Shown here: in pieces, positions 46,001 to 46,898 of the stretch
Layout of the letters: the number at the start of each line of letters is the position of its first letter
Numbering within the stretch: position 1 is the stretch's first letter
NCBI GenBank assembly: GCA_002269645.1
Contig: NIVC01004408.1
Coordinates: 1 to 46,898 of the forward strand
Direction of reading: 5' to 3'
DNA from: Macrostomum lignano
Taxonomy: Eukaryota
Length of the DNA: 46,898 nt
Made by a program: the position numbers and the translations under genes
Notes under the pieces: model-generated
Told to the model about the DNA's origin: nothing
Databases searched by the model: none
What the model saw: only the letters and a program-made list of their open reading frames with translations

Positions 46001-46898
46001 GCTTTACAGCGCGGCATGACTGAAGGCATATGTCTCATGATTCTAACGCCTTGTGGTGCCCGCACTCAACACGTTTGTTGTTGTGTTACAACACCTATGC
46101 ACATGTAGTGACACAATTAAGTAGCGTAATTTTAATCGCAGTCGATCTTTCGACAAAACATGTAAACTTGCGCAGCTTTAACGATTCTTCAAGTTATAGC
46201 TTAAAGGGTACCTCATCGTTAGTTGTTACCATAATGTGGTTAACGAACTCTATCTTTGGCGCAGTAGCTGCATGCAGCGTACATGTATGTCCGCTCATGG
46301 TGTAAGCTGCCATTACTAACTCGAGATTAATACTTACGTCGACTTTGTTTCGTTATTTATACATGTGCAGCTGCAACTACTGAGGGCTCGATAATCGGAG
46401 GTTAAATAAAATTACTTTGTAGCAACATATACATAGTTAACTTTTTGAGTGTCTGTAAGGTAAATTCAAATATGTATGGCCTGATATTTTTACACATAAA
46501 TTTGCAGTGATTGCAGCAAACACTCACAAAATATCTAGAACACAAAAACTCATCGGAACCATGAAGAGTCAAAACCAAAGAACAGACAAAGTATTCATTT
46601 ACATGTATAGATCCAATAGAGCCCAGGTCAAAAGTTGTCAAAGTTCCCGTGGTTGTCATGAGAGCTGCAAGTCTTTTGAAGAATCACAAATACATCGAAT
46701 TGACGACTATCCTCTAAACCAGAAGCACTCGCTGATGGAGCCTGCAATGTAAAGAAATTTTTGTTGTAACCAACTAGAATTTCAAAGAAAATCAGTGCCT
46801 GATTAGAATTCCCGAAGAACGGAATTATCAATGGATCGGCTGGCTGGTCAGGCGCCGGGTCCCACAATTCGGTGACGTGACAGACATTTGGTGTTGGA

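Overview
Eukaryotic (metazoan) genomic DNA, not prokaryotic. GC- and polyAla-rich exons separated by minisatellite-filled introns resemble the flatworm Macrostomum lignano (inference only). (1) About 2.5-30.5 kb, minus strand: a multi-exon spectraplakin gene (Shot/VAB-10/dystonin/MACF1/plectin family) with a first coding exon, CH1 and CH2 actin-binding domains, a plakin domain with SH3, and plectin-type repeats. I reconstructed it from splice sites. The ABD exons join in frame, but downstream exons carry several apparent 1-bp indels. The 12.8-kb CH1-CH2 intron holds candidate alternative N-terminal or cassette exons, one encoding a transmembrane signal-anchor. (2) An antisense, internally deleted BEL/Pao LTR retrotransposon (25025-27891) with a 5-bp TSD and near-identical LTRs sits in a spectraplakin intron. 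(3) Three tandem histidine-phosphatase (PGM-like) paralogues on the + strand (35.1-39.6 kb) have three different intron structures; the first two lie between diverged inverted repeats, next to a strongly CpG-depleted block. (4) A claudin/PMP22-family (Kune-kune/VAB-9/TMEM47-like) gene on the minus strand (41.1-43.4 kb). (5) A decayed LINE RT remnant (44.8-46.0 kb), a short internally deleted copy of it at 21.9 kb, and about 20 distinct tandem-repeat arrays. No rRNA, tRNA or CRISPR was seen. All alignments, translations and counts were done by eye.
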